Virus record (IMG/VR): IMGVR_UViG_3300021133_000001
Coordinates: 32,001-96,000 of that record
Source of the DNA: a virus
Taxonomy: Duplodnaviria; Caudoviricetes
Length of the DNA stretch: 64,000 nt
Direction: 5' to 3' (one strand)
The position numbers and the translations under genes are program-made. Shown piece by piece: positions 36,610-47,238 of this stretch. Position 1 is the stretch's first letter. Each line of letters begins with the position of its first letter. The notes below the pieces were generated by a model. The model was not told the DNA's origin. It saw only the letters and a list, made by a program, of their open reading frames with translations, and did not search any database.

Positions 36610-36768
36610 CTTTATGAAATTCTACAGCCCCGTATTTTTGCTATAGTTGCATCGCGAAGGTATACGTTATTGCGCGGGGATCAGGCTCTGACAAAGCCTC
36701 GTGCTCTGTTGAGAAGAATCTCTGTTAATGTAAGCGATTAAACTTACAAAGTGTTTAAAGAACAAAAA
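36610..36768 (-). ncRNA. Candidate structured RNA or leader with boxA-like element
   Basis: About 170-nt non-coding stretch after a TTGATC-16-TATAAT promoter; TGTTCTTTAAAC (36764-36753), three hairpins and a CCCCG/CGGGG stem. Confidence 0.5.
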
Positions 36769-36770
36769 TG

Positions 36771-36800
36771 ATTATAGTGCCTAATTAATTAAGATCAAGC
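36771..36800 (-). promoter_or_regulatory. Sigma70-type early promoter
   Basis: GC-TTGATC-16-TATAAT. Confidence 0.65.
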
Positions 36801-36804
36801 ACTA

Positions 36805-37257
36805 TTATTTACTTGTTAAAACTTGAAAGGTATCGGGATTGCTCGAAGGCCAGATATACTCTAATCCCTCTGGTGCATCTGGAAACTCTTGTTTATAATG
36901 ATCCGGATATTTCTTTATTAGCATTGATTGATGTGATAAATGTATATCTAACATACCTAACCACCAAGGATACGTTGTAGGTTTGGATTCATTGTAGTAA
37001 GCACGTATTTTCTCATAACAGGTATCTTTATAACCACGCTCTTTCCATACCTCGCATATAACCATACCGTATAACGCTAATGCATTTTCGTGGCCACGCC
37101 ACATTTCCCGGCAAGGATGGTTTTTCCAACCTTTATAATCAGGTTTATGAAACGAATTGAGAAGCTGTAATACTTCAACACGCTGCTTACCGAGTCTTTT
37201 CATATCAAGACTTTTAGCAGATTCTCGAAAATTAGCGAATGGTAAAAATGTTTGCAT
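36805..37257 (-). CDS. Pyrimidine-dimer DNA glycosylase (DenV-like / MSMEG_6728) family protein
   Basis: MQTFLP, LDMKRLGKQRVE, GWKNHP..MWRG, PWWLG...HLSHQS.L..KYP.HY, YIWP. Confidence 0.82.
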   Translation of the reverse strand: MQTFLPFANFRESAKSLDMKRLGKQRVEVLQLLNSFHKPDYKGWKNHPCREMWRGHENALALYGMVICEVWKERGYKDTCYEKIRAYYNESKPTTYPWWLGMLDIHLSHQSMLIKKYPDHYKQEFPDAPEGLEYIWPSSNPDTFQVLTSK

Positions 37258-37260
37258 AGT

Positions 37261-37554
37261 TTATTTGCGTCCTTCTATTACTTGTTTATCCCATACTTCA
37301 CGAATATAGGCAACATATTTGTGTAAAAAGTTTTTAGCTTCATCTAATGTATTAAGTTGATGATAGCCTTCTGGTGGTAGATCTGCACCGGGCATACTTA
37401 AATCAGCCATAGCACCGATCATTGGTTTGAATTTACCATTATCAAGTTGACGTATGACAAGATAGCAGCAACGATAGTCCCACCGTTCCCAGATACCGCA
37501 TTGTAAGTCTTTCCACTTAGATGCGGCTTGTCTACGTAAGAATGCTTTATTCAT
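37261..37554 (-). CDS. Hypothetical early protein
   Basis: 97 aa with promoter abutting the ATG. Confidence 0.7.
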   Translation of the reverse strand: MNKAFLRRQAASKWKDLQCGIWERWDYRCCYLVIRQLDNGKFKPMIGAMADLSMPGADLPPEGYHQLNTLDEAKNFLHKYVAYIREVWDKQVIEGRK

Positions 37555-37594
37555 AGTACCTAGTATGGTACTTTATTAGACTAGTGCAAGCTTT
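37555..37594 (-). promoter_or_regulatory. Sigma70-type promoter with -10 inside an inverted repeat
   Basis: AAGC-TTGCAC-16-CATACT-7-ATG; AGTACC/GGTACT arms. Confidence 0.6.
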
Positions 37595-37844
37595 AAGCTG
37601 AAGCTGATCCGAATGCTACTTTATTACCGCGGAAATTCGTGATAATCCAATCAATATTAGCTGCAGCAGATAGACTACGTAAAGCAGGAAGGTTAGGTAG
37701 TACTTCCTTGCCTTGAGTTACGAAGTCTTTTGCATCAGCAACAAGGTAATATATACCTGTTGTAATATCAGCACCGTCATTGTAAAGAGCTTTCTGCTCT
37801 GCAGCAGTTAGCTCGTTAACATTACCAATTATTGTTATTGTCAT
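37593..37844 (-). CDS. Hypothetical protein
   Basis: 83-aa ORF. Confidence 0.65.
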   Translation of the reverse strand: MTITIIGNVNELTAAEQKALYNDGADITTGIYYLVADAKDFVTQGKEVLPNLPALRSLSAAANIDWIITNFRGNKVAFGSASA

Positions 37845-37853
37845 TGTTCTGTA

Positions 37854-38099
37854 TTAAATAAAATCTCTATAATCACTATTATCTATGCTTTTCTTAGGAG
37901 GTCCACTAAAAAGTATCGCATCAGGATTATTTATGTGTAACCACTCTCTAAAACTACGAGGAAAATCAGCAGCAAACAATTTTACTGTTTTAATATCTAT
38001 TGTTGTATCTTTTTCGATACATAACAAAGCTCTAACTGCATCTTGCTGAAAAGATGCCAACTTACATTCAAACGCAATATCAATAAATTTTACTGTCAT
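37854..38099 (-). CDS. Hypothetical protein
   Basis: 81-aa ORF. Confidence 0.6.
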   Translation of the reverse strand: MTVKFIDIAFECKLASFQQDAVRALLCIEKDTTIDIKTVKLFAADFPRSFREWLHINNPDAILFSGPPKKSIDNSDYRDFI

Positions 38100-38102
38100 A
38101 GT

Positions 38103-38138
38103 AAAAAAGGGGCCTACTATGTTTAGTAATAGGCCCCT
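38103..38138 (-). terminator. Intrinsic terminator
   Basis: AGGGGCCTA...TAGGCCCCT followed by T-run. Confidence 0.85.
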
Positions 38139-38155
38139 CTGTGTTGTATTAGTTA

Positions 38156-38380
38156 TTACTTAGTCTCCCGAATCTTTGCCCAACGACCTTTTGAGTCGCG
38201 TACGTTGTAGAAACGTGGTTGAAGCACTACTTGACTTGTACGATTAATAAAACCAAGCACATTGTACTTAGTTGGATTAAAACGACGAGTTACTGCATTC
38301 ATACGTTGTTCAACGCTCTCGTCACCGAGAGTACGAGTGTTGATATCTTTAATAATAACATTTTCAGTTAGCGTTTGCAT
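38156..38380 (-). CDS. Small hypothetical protein with C-terminal RDSKGRW motif
   Basis: Likely start MQTLTE (GGAGG upstream); own promoter and terminator. Confidence 0.7.
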   Translation of the reverse strand: MQTLTENVIIKDINTRTLGDESVEQRMNAVTRRFNPTKYNVLGFINRTSQVVLQPRFYNVRDSKGRWAKIRETK

Positions 38381-38495
38381 GGGTGTATTAATTCCTCCAT
38401 AGTATAACATAGTTTTTCTAAAGTTCTACTAGATATATTAAGATTTGTTATAAATAATTGTATAATTCGATATAACACTTTTTAATGACTAAAAT

Positions 38496-38711
38496 ATGAA
38501 CAAATATATTGCCGCTTTAGGCATCGTCGATGATTTCCTCGGTGAGGAGATTCCACTAAAAGAGATAAGTGTTATAGCAAAAGATCAGTACGAAGCACAT
38601 AAGACTGCTTTGTTTAAATGCAATTTAGGTAATAAGGAAACTGTCTTTAAAATTAAAGAAGCTTCTACCGGTATTGTAAGGTTTGATCACAAAACCGGTT
38701 TTAGTTCTTAA
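38496..38711 (+). CDS. Hypothetical protein
   Basis: 71-aa ORF converging on the large virion gene. Confidence 0.6.
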   Translation: MNKYIAALGIVDDFLGEEIPLKEISVIAKDQYEAHKTALFKCNLGNKETVFKIKEASTGIVRFDHKTGFSS

Positions 38712-41700
38712 TCATTCTTTTCGAAGTAGGCTGTTATTGTCTTGTTACCGTCTACATAGACTGTAGCTATAGAAGTAGAAGCTGCACTCTCATTACCAAA
38801 CGAGGCAGGGTCTTCCTTAACAGTTAAATTACCACCTGTGTAATGTACAGAACCGTCGCCACCTAGTGGGTAAATACCAACATCCCAGCATCCTGGCCCG
38901 TCAACTATTAAAGGAGAACCCTTAGAAGCACCGCTATGGGTTGTACAACCTGGTATACTACCATATGCAGTTAAATATGTACCCACATTACGTATAGTAG
39001 CAATACTACCTGCTATATACGTGCCACCACCAGTTACAAAGCCGTTACCCTTACCTATGACTGCTGCTTGAGTTGTAATAGTGTATCTAGGGGCTGCTAC
39101 AGTGACTGGTATTGTTCTACTATAACCTAAAGTTACTTCAGTTTCGCCTGGACAAGTTGTACGGTTTACTGTTAAGGTTGAACTTGTTAAGCTTGCTGGG
39201 GTTAATTGTAGTACAGGGTTATTTGGGTATGTGCTGCTTGGTACTCCATCAATACTCCAAGTATGAGAAATGTATGGGTTGTTATTAATATAACCACCTA
39301 AACTATTGTTAGATATACCTGCATATGCAGCTGTACCGCTTAACTTATAGACTGTCAATGTACCTGTTGACATACCAAGTGGGCCTGCACTTAAGCCGTT
39401 AGTAAAGTTAGTATCATACAGATAACCTTCAGATACCGAAGCTACTACTCTTGGTACTATAGAATGACCCGCTGTAATACTACCTAGTGATAGATCTACA
39501 CTGAACTTACCTGAATATGTACCAGGATAACCGTCAGGTTGTACGGTATTACTATCTGTAGTGAGATATGTGCTTAATGGTAATACAAATATTGAAGAGT
39601 TACTTGTAGATGTAGTTAAAATAGGTGTAGTATCTTGATTGATAGTAACGTATACACTATTTGCGAAATACCAAGGTGAAGCACCGTATGTTTCACACAA
39701 GTTAATAATTAAGCTTGCAGATAACGGGGCATTTAATACGTTAAACTTAAAGTTATAGTCATTACCGTAACGTGAAGGTAAGCTATTAGGTAAAGCACTA
39801 TATAAGTTACCGATAGCAGCTGCTGAAGCAAATGCAAACAACGTTTCAAGTGTTACATCTAGATAACCCTGACCGTTACTATATACTACACCAGCTGCAT
39901 CTGCAGCAGAACATGAATAATAACCGATATCTGTTAACTGCGCGCTTAATACTGTATATGTAGAGCTAGAAGCGGCTAACGTCTCAATAGGCATACCATT
40001 ATAGAACCACTGATAACCGTAAATAGAGTCTGGGCCACCTGCTGAAGAAACACCAAACGTAAATGTAGCGTCCTGACCAGCGGTTACAGCAACTAAACCA
40101 GGCTGTTCTGTTACTATTGGTTGTGGTTGAATGTATTGGTAGTATGTATATGCACTAGCCGCTGTTGTCCTACCTAATAAATTGTTTATGTAAGAGGGTG
40201 GTTGTACTACATATTCTGGAGTAACTGCAGAGAGTATTGCTGTTTGTATGTTGTAAATTCTGTCAATAACACGATTAATAACTGCAGAACTTAATATTTC
40301 ATTAACATGTACAAAGTTACTTTCATCTGCACTTAAAGAGTTAATTACGTCTGATGCAGAAAGCTGTCTTGTATCAAAAGAAACTAAATTATTACTTTGA
40401 TCTACTGTAATAACATATTTACCTGCAATACTTTTAGCTAAAATTTCGTGATTTTTAAGTACTGCATTTAAAGACTTGTTGTATACCCAGTCCTGTATAA
40501 GTTCATCAGAACCAATAGTATAAGCAGATAGTAATGTATACTGATTACCTATCTTGTCTATATCAAATAGTGTTGATGTACTAGGTAAGTCAATAAACTT
40601 AAATAAGCGCGTACCGGTAGCTACATAGAAGTAACTTCTGTCATCAATAAATGCAGTTACAATAGGTTCATTTAAAGCGTTATTATTATAACTTGGACTG
40701 TTAATACGGTTTACAAATAGACCGGTTGTAGTGTACTTGTAAATGTACTCACTTGTAACAATATAATAGAATACCCCTGTAGGTTCTATTAACAGTTTAA
40801 GTATTTTTGCATTAGCAGGTACTTCAGGTACTTCTAAAGTGTTTAATAAGTTGTTATTTGTGTCGAATACAAACACCTTATAAGGAGAAGGGAATACATC
40901 TTGGTTAGGTGTAACTAAAGGCGAGCTTGGTGCAGAATCATAACCTGCACCATACATACTCATTGCCTGTACTACAAAGCTAACGTAATTTTGAGTAGAG
41001 TCAAATATATACTTGGTTAACCTTGGAGGATTGTCAAGATTGACTGCTGGTGAATAGAAGTTATCTATTTCTAAGTAGTTACCACCGTTACCCTCTACTT
41101 CCCCGTATATAGTGAAGTTTGCACTTACACCAAACACACTAGCTAAACGTAAACCGTCGTGATCCCAGGTGACAGCGTATTGTGTGGTAGCTGCATCTAC
41201 TGCAGATGTCTGTACTGACACGATAACAGGAGCGTTAGGTGCTTTGAGTGTACCTAACATGAGAATATTACCTGTATTTTGATCTATATCAAATGGTGTA
41301 ATTTCGTAACCAGTTAAAGCGCTGGTATAGATTGTATTAACATATGTTAAAGCAGAATTATAAACTTTAATACAGTTATTACTCTTATCAGCTACGTAAA
41401 CTTGATTATTATAGAGTTTAATATCTGTAGGTACATCGGTATAATTTTGACCAGCACCAAAATAGTATTGATCTGTTAATACACCACCAGTACCATCGGG
41501 TTTAGCACCACCAATCTGATTAATAATTGTAGCTGTAGCGCTACCTGCATTATAGTTTAGACCAAACCGATACAAACTAGTAATACCGTAAGGATATGTA
41601 TCAGAAGCTAATACATACAAGTTATTACCACTTACATCTGCTGTATAAATGTTGATATTGTCATTACCAGGTACAACCGCACTTAACAGCGCTACCCTAT

Positions 41701-43678
41701 CATTAGTAAAGTTATTTCTTCTAACTTCTAAGAAACTGTATGAACTATCTGAAGTATAAACAATAAAATTATAATAATCTGGTGCACTATACGGAGACTT
41801 ATATGACTTAAAGTCTCTAATAACACCCGGTACATTACCGTAGTTATATGTAGAAGATAAATCTGTATAAGTGTTTGAACCAGATAAGAACGTATTACAA
41901 TATGGGAATTGTAGAAAATCTCCTACCCATTCGATTAATTCAAATTGAGGTGTCTTTCTTATGGTTTTAGTAATACCGTTTAAATAACTAAAGTTATTAT
42001 CAAGCTTAGTTAAAGCAGCATTAATGTTATCTGCAGTAACCCATTCATTTGAACCAATCTCAACATCGCTTTGAGTGTAAGGCAGTACTGGAACTGTTCC
42101 TTCTAATGTTTTAGCGTAGTCAGCTAAACTAATCTCTGGGAAAGTGTCTTGTACGTAGAACTGCGCGCTTAAAGTAGCAGTCATTAATGGTATTACACCA
42201 GGAACTGCAGGTTTACCGAAATCGGAAGATTGAGAGTAAGCAGAAAGAGTAACTGTATAAGGGTTATTTCTAGCTTTCGTATAAGAATGTGTAAAATATA
42301 TAACCCCGTTAGAAGTTGTAGATGTATCTACTCTATCTGGACCTGTATCATCCCCCCAAGTTACAACATAATAAGGATAACCAGATGGGTGATTAGCATA
42401 AGGAGGTACTGTTTGTATCCAAAATGGTTGATTGGTTTTTAAGAAAGTGTATGGGGTATACAGTTTAAGAGGCGTTGCAGCGGCTGTTAAAGGGTTAGTA
42501 ATAACAGAGAAATCTATAATAGTATCTATTATATTAGAGCCATATGGGGTACCAGCCGTAGATGGGTCTATTTGACCGAAACCAATCTCTGGCCCATAAG
42601 TTGGTATACCAGTTGAAGCCAGTAACGTGCCGTAGTTAGGGTTTTGAAAGCCCTGGCCGTTTAGTCTGTATGTAAAGTGTTTGCTTATAGTAAGCGGGTT
42701 ACCATTTAGGTCTAAAAAGTCTGAATATCTTAAATATGTATTGTTTGCATTACCACCGGCAAATAAACCCGTACCGTAATTACCTACATCTGGACCAAAT
42801 ATGTTAGCATGGTTAGAACCCTCAACAATACGTGCAGTACCTGCAGCACTTAGGGTTGTAACTGGAATCCAGCCTGTTCCTTGGTTATCCATAGAAACAC
42901 TTGCTGTAAAAATTGGGGTAGCATTAGTAGGGGTATAATAAAGATTTATGCTATAAACTGTACCGGAAGTGCTCTTATCTCCTGTATAAAATGAGTGTAA
43001 AACATTACCATCAACATCATACAACTTAACTGTAGTGCCTTTAGGTATAGCGTTACCGTTAATGTCAATAACGTTTAATATAATAGGTTGATTTACACAG
43101 TTAATAAACTGCGCTCCAATAGTTTGCTCATATGTAACAGTAGAAGTAGGTAAAGACATATAGCATATGCCTTGAATGTACTTAAAGCTATTAGAATCTG
43201 GGGTAGGAGAGGGAAAAGTTGGAGCTGTTTGCGGTGTAGATGGTTGTACTACAGCGGCTGTAATGGTTATGTTATATGTTTGGCTGCCTTTATTACCTGC
43301 ATTATCTGTTACATTAATAGTTACAGGGTAAACTTTTGCAACAGCATCACTTGCTACATTACCTTCTAATATATTTGAAACTAGTGAAAGACCTTTAGGT
43401 AATGTAGTAGAATCTACTGAAAATGTGTACGGACTAACACCACCTGTAGCTGTGAATGTTACAGAGCTATAAGCTGCACCCTTAACCCCGTTATTTAAAA
43501 CAGAAGGGAAAATAGTAATAACAACACCAGTAGGTTTTGTAGAAGGTGCATTTTCATCTATACTTAACGCAATATAAGAAGCATTACCAGGTATGTATGA
43601 GTATGTAACTGTACTAGTATACCCGTTTGTACCGGTATAGTTAAAAGTAACTGGATTGTTGGTTATACTAGTTGCCAT
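38708..43678 (-). CDS. Large multidomain virion/tail protein (Ig/He_PIG, PKD-like, NHL propeller, Ig)
   Basis: ATGGVSPYTFS..LPKGLSL; VTWGDD..THSY; QVYVADKSNNCIKVY; YQWFYNG...DIGYYSC. Confidence 0.75.
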   Translation of the reverse strand: MATSITNNPVTFNYTGTNGYTSTVTYSYIPGNASYIALSIDENAPSTKPTGVVITIFPSVLNNGVKGAAYSSVTFTATGGVSPYTFSVDSTTLPKGLSLVSNILEGNVASDAVAKVYPVTINVTDNAGNKGSQTYNITITAAVVQPSTPQTAPTFPSPTPDSNSFKYIQGICYMSLPTSTVTYEQTIGAQFINCVNQPIILNVIDINGNAIPKGTTVKLYDVDGNVLHSFYTGDKSTSGTVYSINLYYTPTNATPIFTASVSMDNQGTGWIPVTTLSAAGTARIVEGSNHANIFGPDVGNYGTGLFAGGNANNTYLRYSDFLDLNGNPLTISKHFTYRLNGQGFQNPNYGTLLASTGIPTYGPEIGFGQIDPSTAGTPYGSNIIDTIIDFSVITNPLTAAATPLKLYTPYTFLKTNQPFWIQTVPPYANHPSGYPYYVVTWGDDTGPDRVDTSTTSNGVIYFTHSYTKARNNPYTVTLSAYSQSSDFGKPAVPGVIPLMTATLSAQFYVQDTFPEISLADYAKTLEGTVPVLPYTQSDVEIGSNEWVTADNINAALTKLDNNFSYLNGITKTIRKTPQFELIEWVGDFLQFPYCNTFLSGSNTYTDLSSTYNYGNVPGVIRDFKSYKSPYSAPDYYNFIVYTSDSSYSFLEVRRNNFTNDRVALLSAVVPGNDNINIYTADVSGNNLYVLASDTYPYGITSLYRFGLNYNAGSATATIINQIGGAKPDGTGGVLTDQYYFGAGQNYTDVPTDIKLYNNQVYVADKSNNCIKVYNSALTYVNTIYTSALTGYEITPFDIDQNTGNILMLGTLKAPNAPVIVSVQTSAVDAATTQYAVTWDHDGLRLASVFGVSANFTIYGEVEGNGGNYLEIDNFYSPAVNLDNPPRLTKYIFDSTQNYVSFVVQAMSMYGAGYDSAPSSPLVTPNQDVFPSPYKVFVFDTNNNLLNTLEVPEVPANAKILKLLIEPTGVFYYIVTSEYIYKYTTTGLFVNRINSPSYNNNALNEPIVTAFIDDRSYFYVATGTRLFKFIDLPSTSTLFDIDKIGNQYTLLSAYTIGSDELIQDWVYNKSLNAVLKNHEILAKSIAGKYVITVDQSNNLVSFDTRQLSASDVINSLSADESNFVHVNEILSSAVINRVIDRIYNIQTAILSAVTPEYVVQPPSYINNLLGRTTAASAYTYYQYIQPQPIVTEQPGLVAVTAGQDATFTFGVSSAGGPDSIYGYQWFYNGMPIETLAASSSTYTVLSAQLTDIGYYSCSAADAAGVVYSNGQGYLDVTLETLFAFASAAAIGNLYSALPNSLPSRYGNDYNFKFNVLNAPLSASLIINLCETYGASPWYFANSVYVTINQDTTPILTTSTSNSSIFVLPLSTYLTTDSNTVQPDGYPGTYSGKFSVDLSLGSITAGHSIVPRVVASVSEGYLYDTNFTNGLSAGPLGMSTGTLTVYKLSGTAAYAGISNNSLGGYINNNPYISHTWSIDGVPSSTYPNNPVLQLTPASLTSSTLTVNRTTCPGETEVTLGYSRTIPVTVAAPRYTITTQAAVIGKGNGFVTGGGTYIAGSIATIRNVGTYLTAYGSIPGCTTHSGASKGSPLIVDGPGCWDVGIYPLGGDGSVHYTGGNLTVKEDPASFGNESAASTSIATVYVDGNKTITAYFEKND

Positions 43679-43917
43679 TATGGTAGAGCTGAAAAATTAG
43701 AAGGTGTTTGCGGGTTATACACTGGTGGTGGTATAACACCTGGGGTATTATTGACTGAACCTGTTGAAGAAACTAAACCTGGTGCTATAGTTGCAAGCGC
43801 TTGTAAACAATCTGCTTTTTGCTGTGGGTTTAAAGCAGTACTACCGGTAACTTGCGCGACAATATCATTATACGCATCGTTATAGTTGTAATATGTTGTT
43901 GTTTGAAAGGTTGTCAT
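43678..43917 (-). CDS. Small hypothetical protein in tail operon
   Basis: 79 aa, tightly coupled on both sides. Confidence 0.7.
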   Translation of the reverse strand: MTTFQTTTYYNYNDAYNDIVAQVTGSTALNPQQKADCLQALATIAPGLVSSTGSVNNTPGVIPPPVYNPQTPSNFSALP

Positions 43918-43918
43918 G

Positions 43919-46900
43919 TTATTGCCAGATTATTTGATTTAACTGCGTGTAAGCAGGGGTCGTTTTACTTAATGAAGATAATATGTTTTTCTCTATAATA
44001 CTTCTAATACCTGGATCGGTAATATTAGAGTTTTTAATTTTAATATTATATAAATGAGATTTAGCACCAGGTAAACGATGAGGGAAGAATCTATCTATTT
44101 GTTCTATATAATAACGAGTGCCTGCAGGAGCAGCCCAAGTTAAATCTGAATAACTGTTTAAAGTAAAGCGTCTTTGTAGTGCAACAATATCAGCTCTTTC
44201 TAGAGCTTGAAAATAGAACCGTACATCTGCGATGGCTCCGTTAAAACTGTAAGGATCTATTGTTTGCTTAGTAAACTCAGATAATGTTTGAGTTTTAAAG
44301 CTAGATGTACCTACTACTAAGTCTACATTGTTACGCTGATTGTATATCCTGTATACACCTGCAGAAAGATCTCCAACAGAGGTACTTGTTGCTAAATTAC
44401 CGTCAACGTACAGATTTAACATGTTGTACGGATCAATACTAATAGCAAAATGGTGCCAACCAGGCATTAAAATAGATGAGTTGTAGTTTAACTGATAAAC
44501 TTTATTATCTCTCTTTAAAGTAGCTGTATTATTAACGTTTGCTTTTACTGTTAATAATGTCTTACTGTTATTCTGTATGTAATTGTATTTGCGCTGATAA
44601 TCATAACCGGTAGCATCACCAATTTGAGTAATATAAAGTGGCGCTGAACTTAAAGTACCATACATGGCTGTAGTAGCGTTATAAGTTGCTAGTATCTTAC
44701 CACTTAATGGTTCTACCTTAAACACGTTTTGTGTTTTACCATCTATAACAACTGCATTGTATACAATAGAATTAGAGTTAGGGTCAAGCTCTGCAGAGAA
44801 ATTAATAATACGAGACGAATTTCTAGGTTTACCGTTAACTGCAAATACTTGATCGCTTGTCAAGCTGATATCCCATATTAATCTACCGTAATTGTCTAAT
44901 TTGCATAGATTGCTACCAGATAAGCCACCGTATAACAACCAAAGATTGTTTTGGTGATCACATGCTACATATTCTGCATGGTAAGCAGATAATATAAACT
45001 GTGGGCTGTTAGTATTAAGATTTCTTACTAATATATCACCAGATAGGGCAAATACTACATTATTACTATCTACTGTACCGCTAGTGGTACCGTTAAAGTA
45101 AGAAATATTACCACTTAAGTCTAAAGCATAACTAGTAAACCCTGCATTTGAGTTACCTGTTAAGAAAGTACCGTTTGGGTCGAACTTATACCAATAAACT
45201 GTGTTATTGTAGTATGTAAACACATACAATTTACGTATATTGTTTTCATATATTAAATGTGCATTCATTAATGCACCTAATAACTCTTGACCACTGCTGT
45301 TATATAAATGAAACTTCTTAAGTAGGGTGCCGTCTTGATCGTATTCAAATACGTCTTTTTGTACGTCTATAATAAAGTAACTTTCATTGTAGTTACCTTT
45401 TAATACGATACTATTACCGCTAGCTGGCGCATTAGTAGTAGTGTGTAATGAAGATAACTGAGTGTTTAAAGTCTGTATCTTAGTTTTATCACCAACCAAT
45501 GTAATGAACGGTGTAATGAGAGGGTTATATTTAAACAAACCGAAACCACCATTATAGAAATTGCCTATAATCTGATCTCCACGAAAATTACTCCAATCAT
45601 TGTTATATGCTTGGAATGCTAGTGTAAAACCTGGTACATATAGGTCATTATCCGTTAAGTTTAACTTAGCATAACTAACTGAAGTATTTAAAGCCTGATC
45701 TCTTGTACCTGTATAAGTTTGAGTTGAGTTACTAACTAAATTATATACATATCCTGCACTTAAACCTGTAACATTGTTAACTAATGGGTTAGTCCATGTT
45801 GTTATTTGATGTGTTAGTGTGCCTGAAAGATTATCAACAACCATTAAGTTATCGTTATCCCCTATTTTATGATAAACGTATAAGCTTTCAGGGCATAATA
45901 CTTGTGTAGTAGGGGTATCCCAAATAACATTAGGGTAATTATTATTACTAGGACTGACCCCAGGAGAATTTAACACTAATGCAGGACCAACTTTGTTAGG
46001 ATCAAAGTACCTATCCATCCATACCGGTTCTGCACCTATATCTGATGCAGATAACCAAGAACAGAATAATGTACCTGGTTGAGAGCTTAAAGCATTGATA
46101 TAATTGCCCCAAGGTGTGTATTTTCTATAATTTGCTTGTTTAACAAATATACGATCTGAACGCCAAGGCGATGAACCTGGAGTCGCACCAGACTTAGCTA
46201 ATGTACTACCAGACAATGCTATATTAACAGCACTTACAGGATAATGAAAATATGTATCCTTATTTTTATAGAAGGTCTGAGCTGCTTGATTGCCTAGATA
46301 ACTTAAATAAATTTTGTCATAACCTTCTTCAGTGTTTAAACCAGTGAAAATCTTATTATACAATCTTGACTGTGCACTTAAAGTAGGGGTTTGAATATAT
46401 TCCGGAGAATAATAATTCTTTAAAGGTGTAATGTTATAATCTAGCTCGTCAGATATAGAAGCAATATCTTCATAAGGAGCTGTAATTAAATAATTGTAAG
46501 GTAGTTTTGAAGTTGCTACGCTTATATCAATACTATTGGGTGTATTGACGTATTTTACGTTACTACTATCACCTACAGATTTATATGCTGTTTCAGTAAA
46601 TCTATTTAAAGTAAAAACGTTAGTATTAGTGTTAAAGCCTAAGAATGTACTTGTTTTTAAATATGTGTTATCAATATCACTAACTACATACCCGTTTTCT
46701 GAGCCACCATTAACAAATAAACTAATATTGTTTTTATAAAGATTATAATGCAGTACATAAGCTGTACTAGACATTCTCAAACCGCCATCTATATTTGTAA
46801 AACCGTTTACATAAGCAACATAGTTATTGTTGTATGTTACAGCAACTGTATTAGCGCTTGTTACGAACGTTAATGTGAATAAAGTAGCTTTAGTAGGATC

Positions 46901-47212
46901 GGTAATGAACTGTATTTTGCTACCACTGTATGTACTTGCAGAAAGATAATAACTGCCTATACTTAAAGTAGATGTAGTTATATAGTTTGTACCGTCAAGA
47001 AAAGAAACAGAACTCAAACAATCCGATAGAACGAGATTGTTAGATAATATGTTTAACGAGTTTTGATTAAACGTTACGTCTTTTGCACCTGAAAGTAACG
47101 GGGATAAACTATAAAAAATCCCATCTGAAGTCGAAAACCCATTGAGAAGGGTACTTACGTTTGAACCGTAATTGTAGGTCAAATTAACAGGGTAAGTACT
47201 AACAATCGACAT
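43919..47212 (-). CDS. Large virion protein with split LamG/concanavalin-like domain
   Basis: GWHHFAIS...LYVDG...FNGAIADVRFY; TAAGTA upstream. Confidence 0.75.
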   Translation of the reverse strand: MSIVSTYPVNLTYNYGSNVSTLLNGFSTSDGIFYSLSPLLSGAKDVTFNQNSLNILSNNLVLSDCLSSVSFLDGTNYITTSTLSIGSYYLSASTYSGSKIQFITDPTKATLFTLTFVTSANTVAVTYNNNYVAYVNGFTNIDGGLRMSSTAYVLHYNLYKNNISLFVNGGSENGYVVSDIDNTYLKTSTFLGFNTNTNVFTLNRFTETAYKSVGDSSNVKYVNTPNSIDISVATSKLPYNYLITAPYEDIASISDELDYNITPLKNYYSPEYIQTPTLSAQSRLYNKIFTGLNTEEGYDKIYLSYLGNQAAQTFYKNKDTYFHYPVSAVNIALSGSTLAKSGATPGSSPWRSDRIFVKQANYRKYTPWGNYINALSSQPGTLFCSWLSASDIGAEPVWMDRYFDPNKVGPALVLNSPGVSPSNNNYPNVIWDTPTTQVLCPESLYVYHKIGDNDNLMVVDNLSGTLTHQITTWTNPLVNNVTGLSAGYVYNLVSNSTQTYTGTRDQALNTSVSYAKLNLTDNDLYVPGFTLAFQAYNNDWSNFRGDQIIGNFYNGGFGLFKYNPLITPFITLVGDKTKIQTLNTQLSSLHTTTNAPASGNSIVLKGNYNESYFIIDVQKDVFEYDQDGTLLKKFHLYNSSGQELLGALMNAHLIYENNIRKLYVFTYYNNTVYWYKFDPNGTFLTGNSNAGFTSYALDLSGNISYFNGTTSGTVDSNNVVFALSGDILVRNLNTNSPQFILSAYHAEYVACDHQNNLWLLYGGLSGSNLCKLDNYGRLIWDISLTSDQVFAVNGKPRNSSRIINFSAELDPNSNSIVYNAVVIDGKTQNVFKVEPLSGKILATYNATTAMYGTLSSAPLYITQIGDATGYDYQRKYNYIQNNSKTLLTVKANVNNTATLKRDNKVYQLNYNSSILMPGWHHFAISIDPYNMLNLYVDGNLATSTSVGDLSAGVYRIYNQRNNVDLVVGTSSFKTQTLSEFTKQTIDPYSFNGAIADVRFYFQALERADIVALQRRFTLNSYSDLTWAAPAGTRYYIEQIDRFFPHRLPGAKSHLYNIKIKNSNITDPGIRSIIEKNILSSLSKTTPAYTQLNQIIWQ

Positions 47213-47238
47213 ATAAAATACTTAGTATTAGGGTTTGT

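Noticed and set aside
36615-36680. tRNA-Ala/tmRNA (GGGGCTGTAG) or SAM-II riboswitch
   Set aside because: No D/T arms, TTCGA or CCA end; the SAM-II GAUUU/GCUAAA core is absent.
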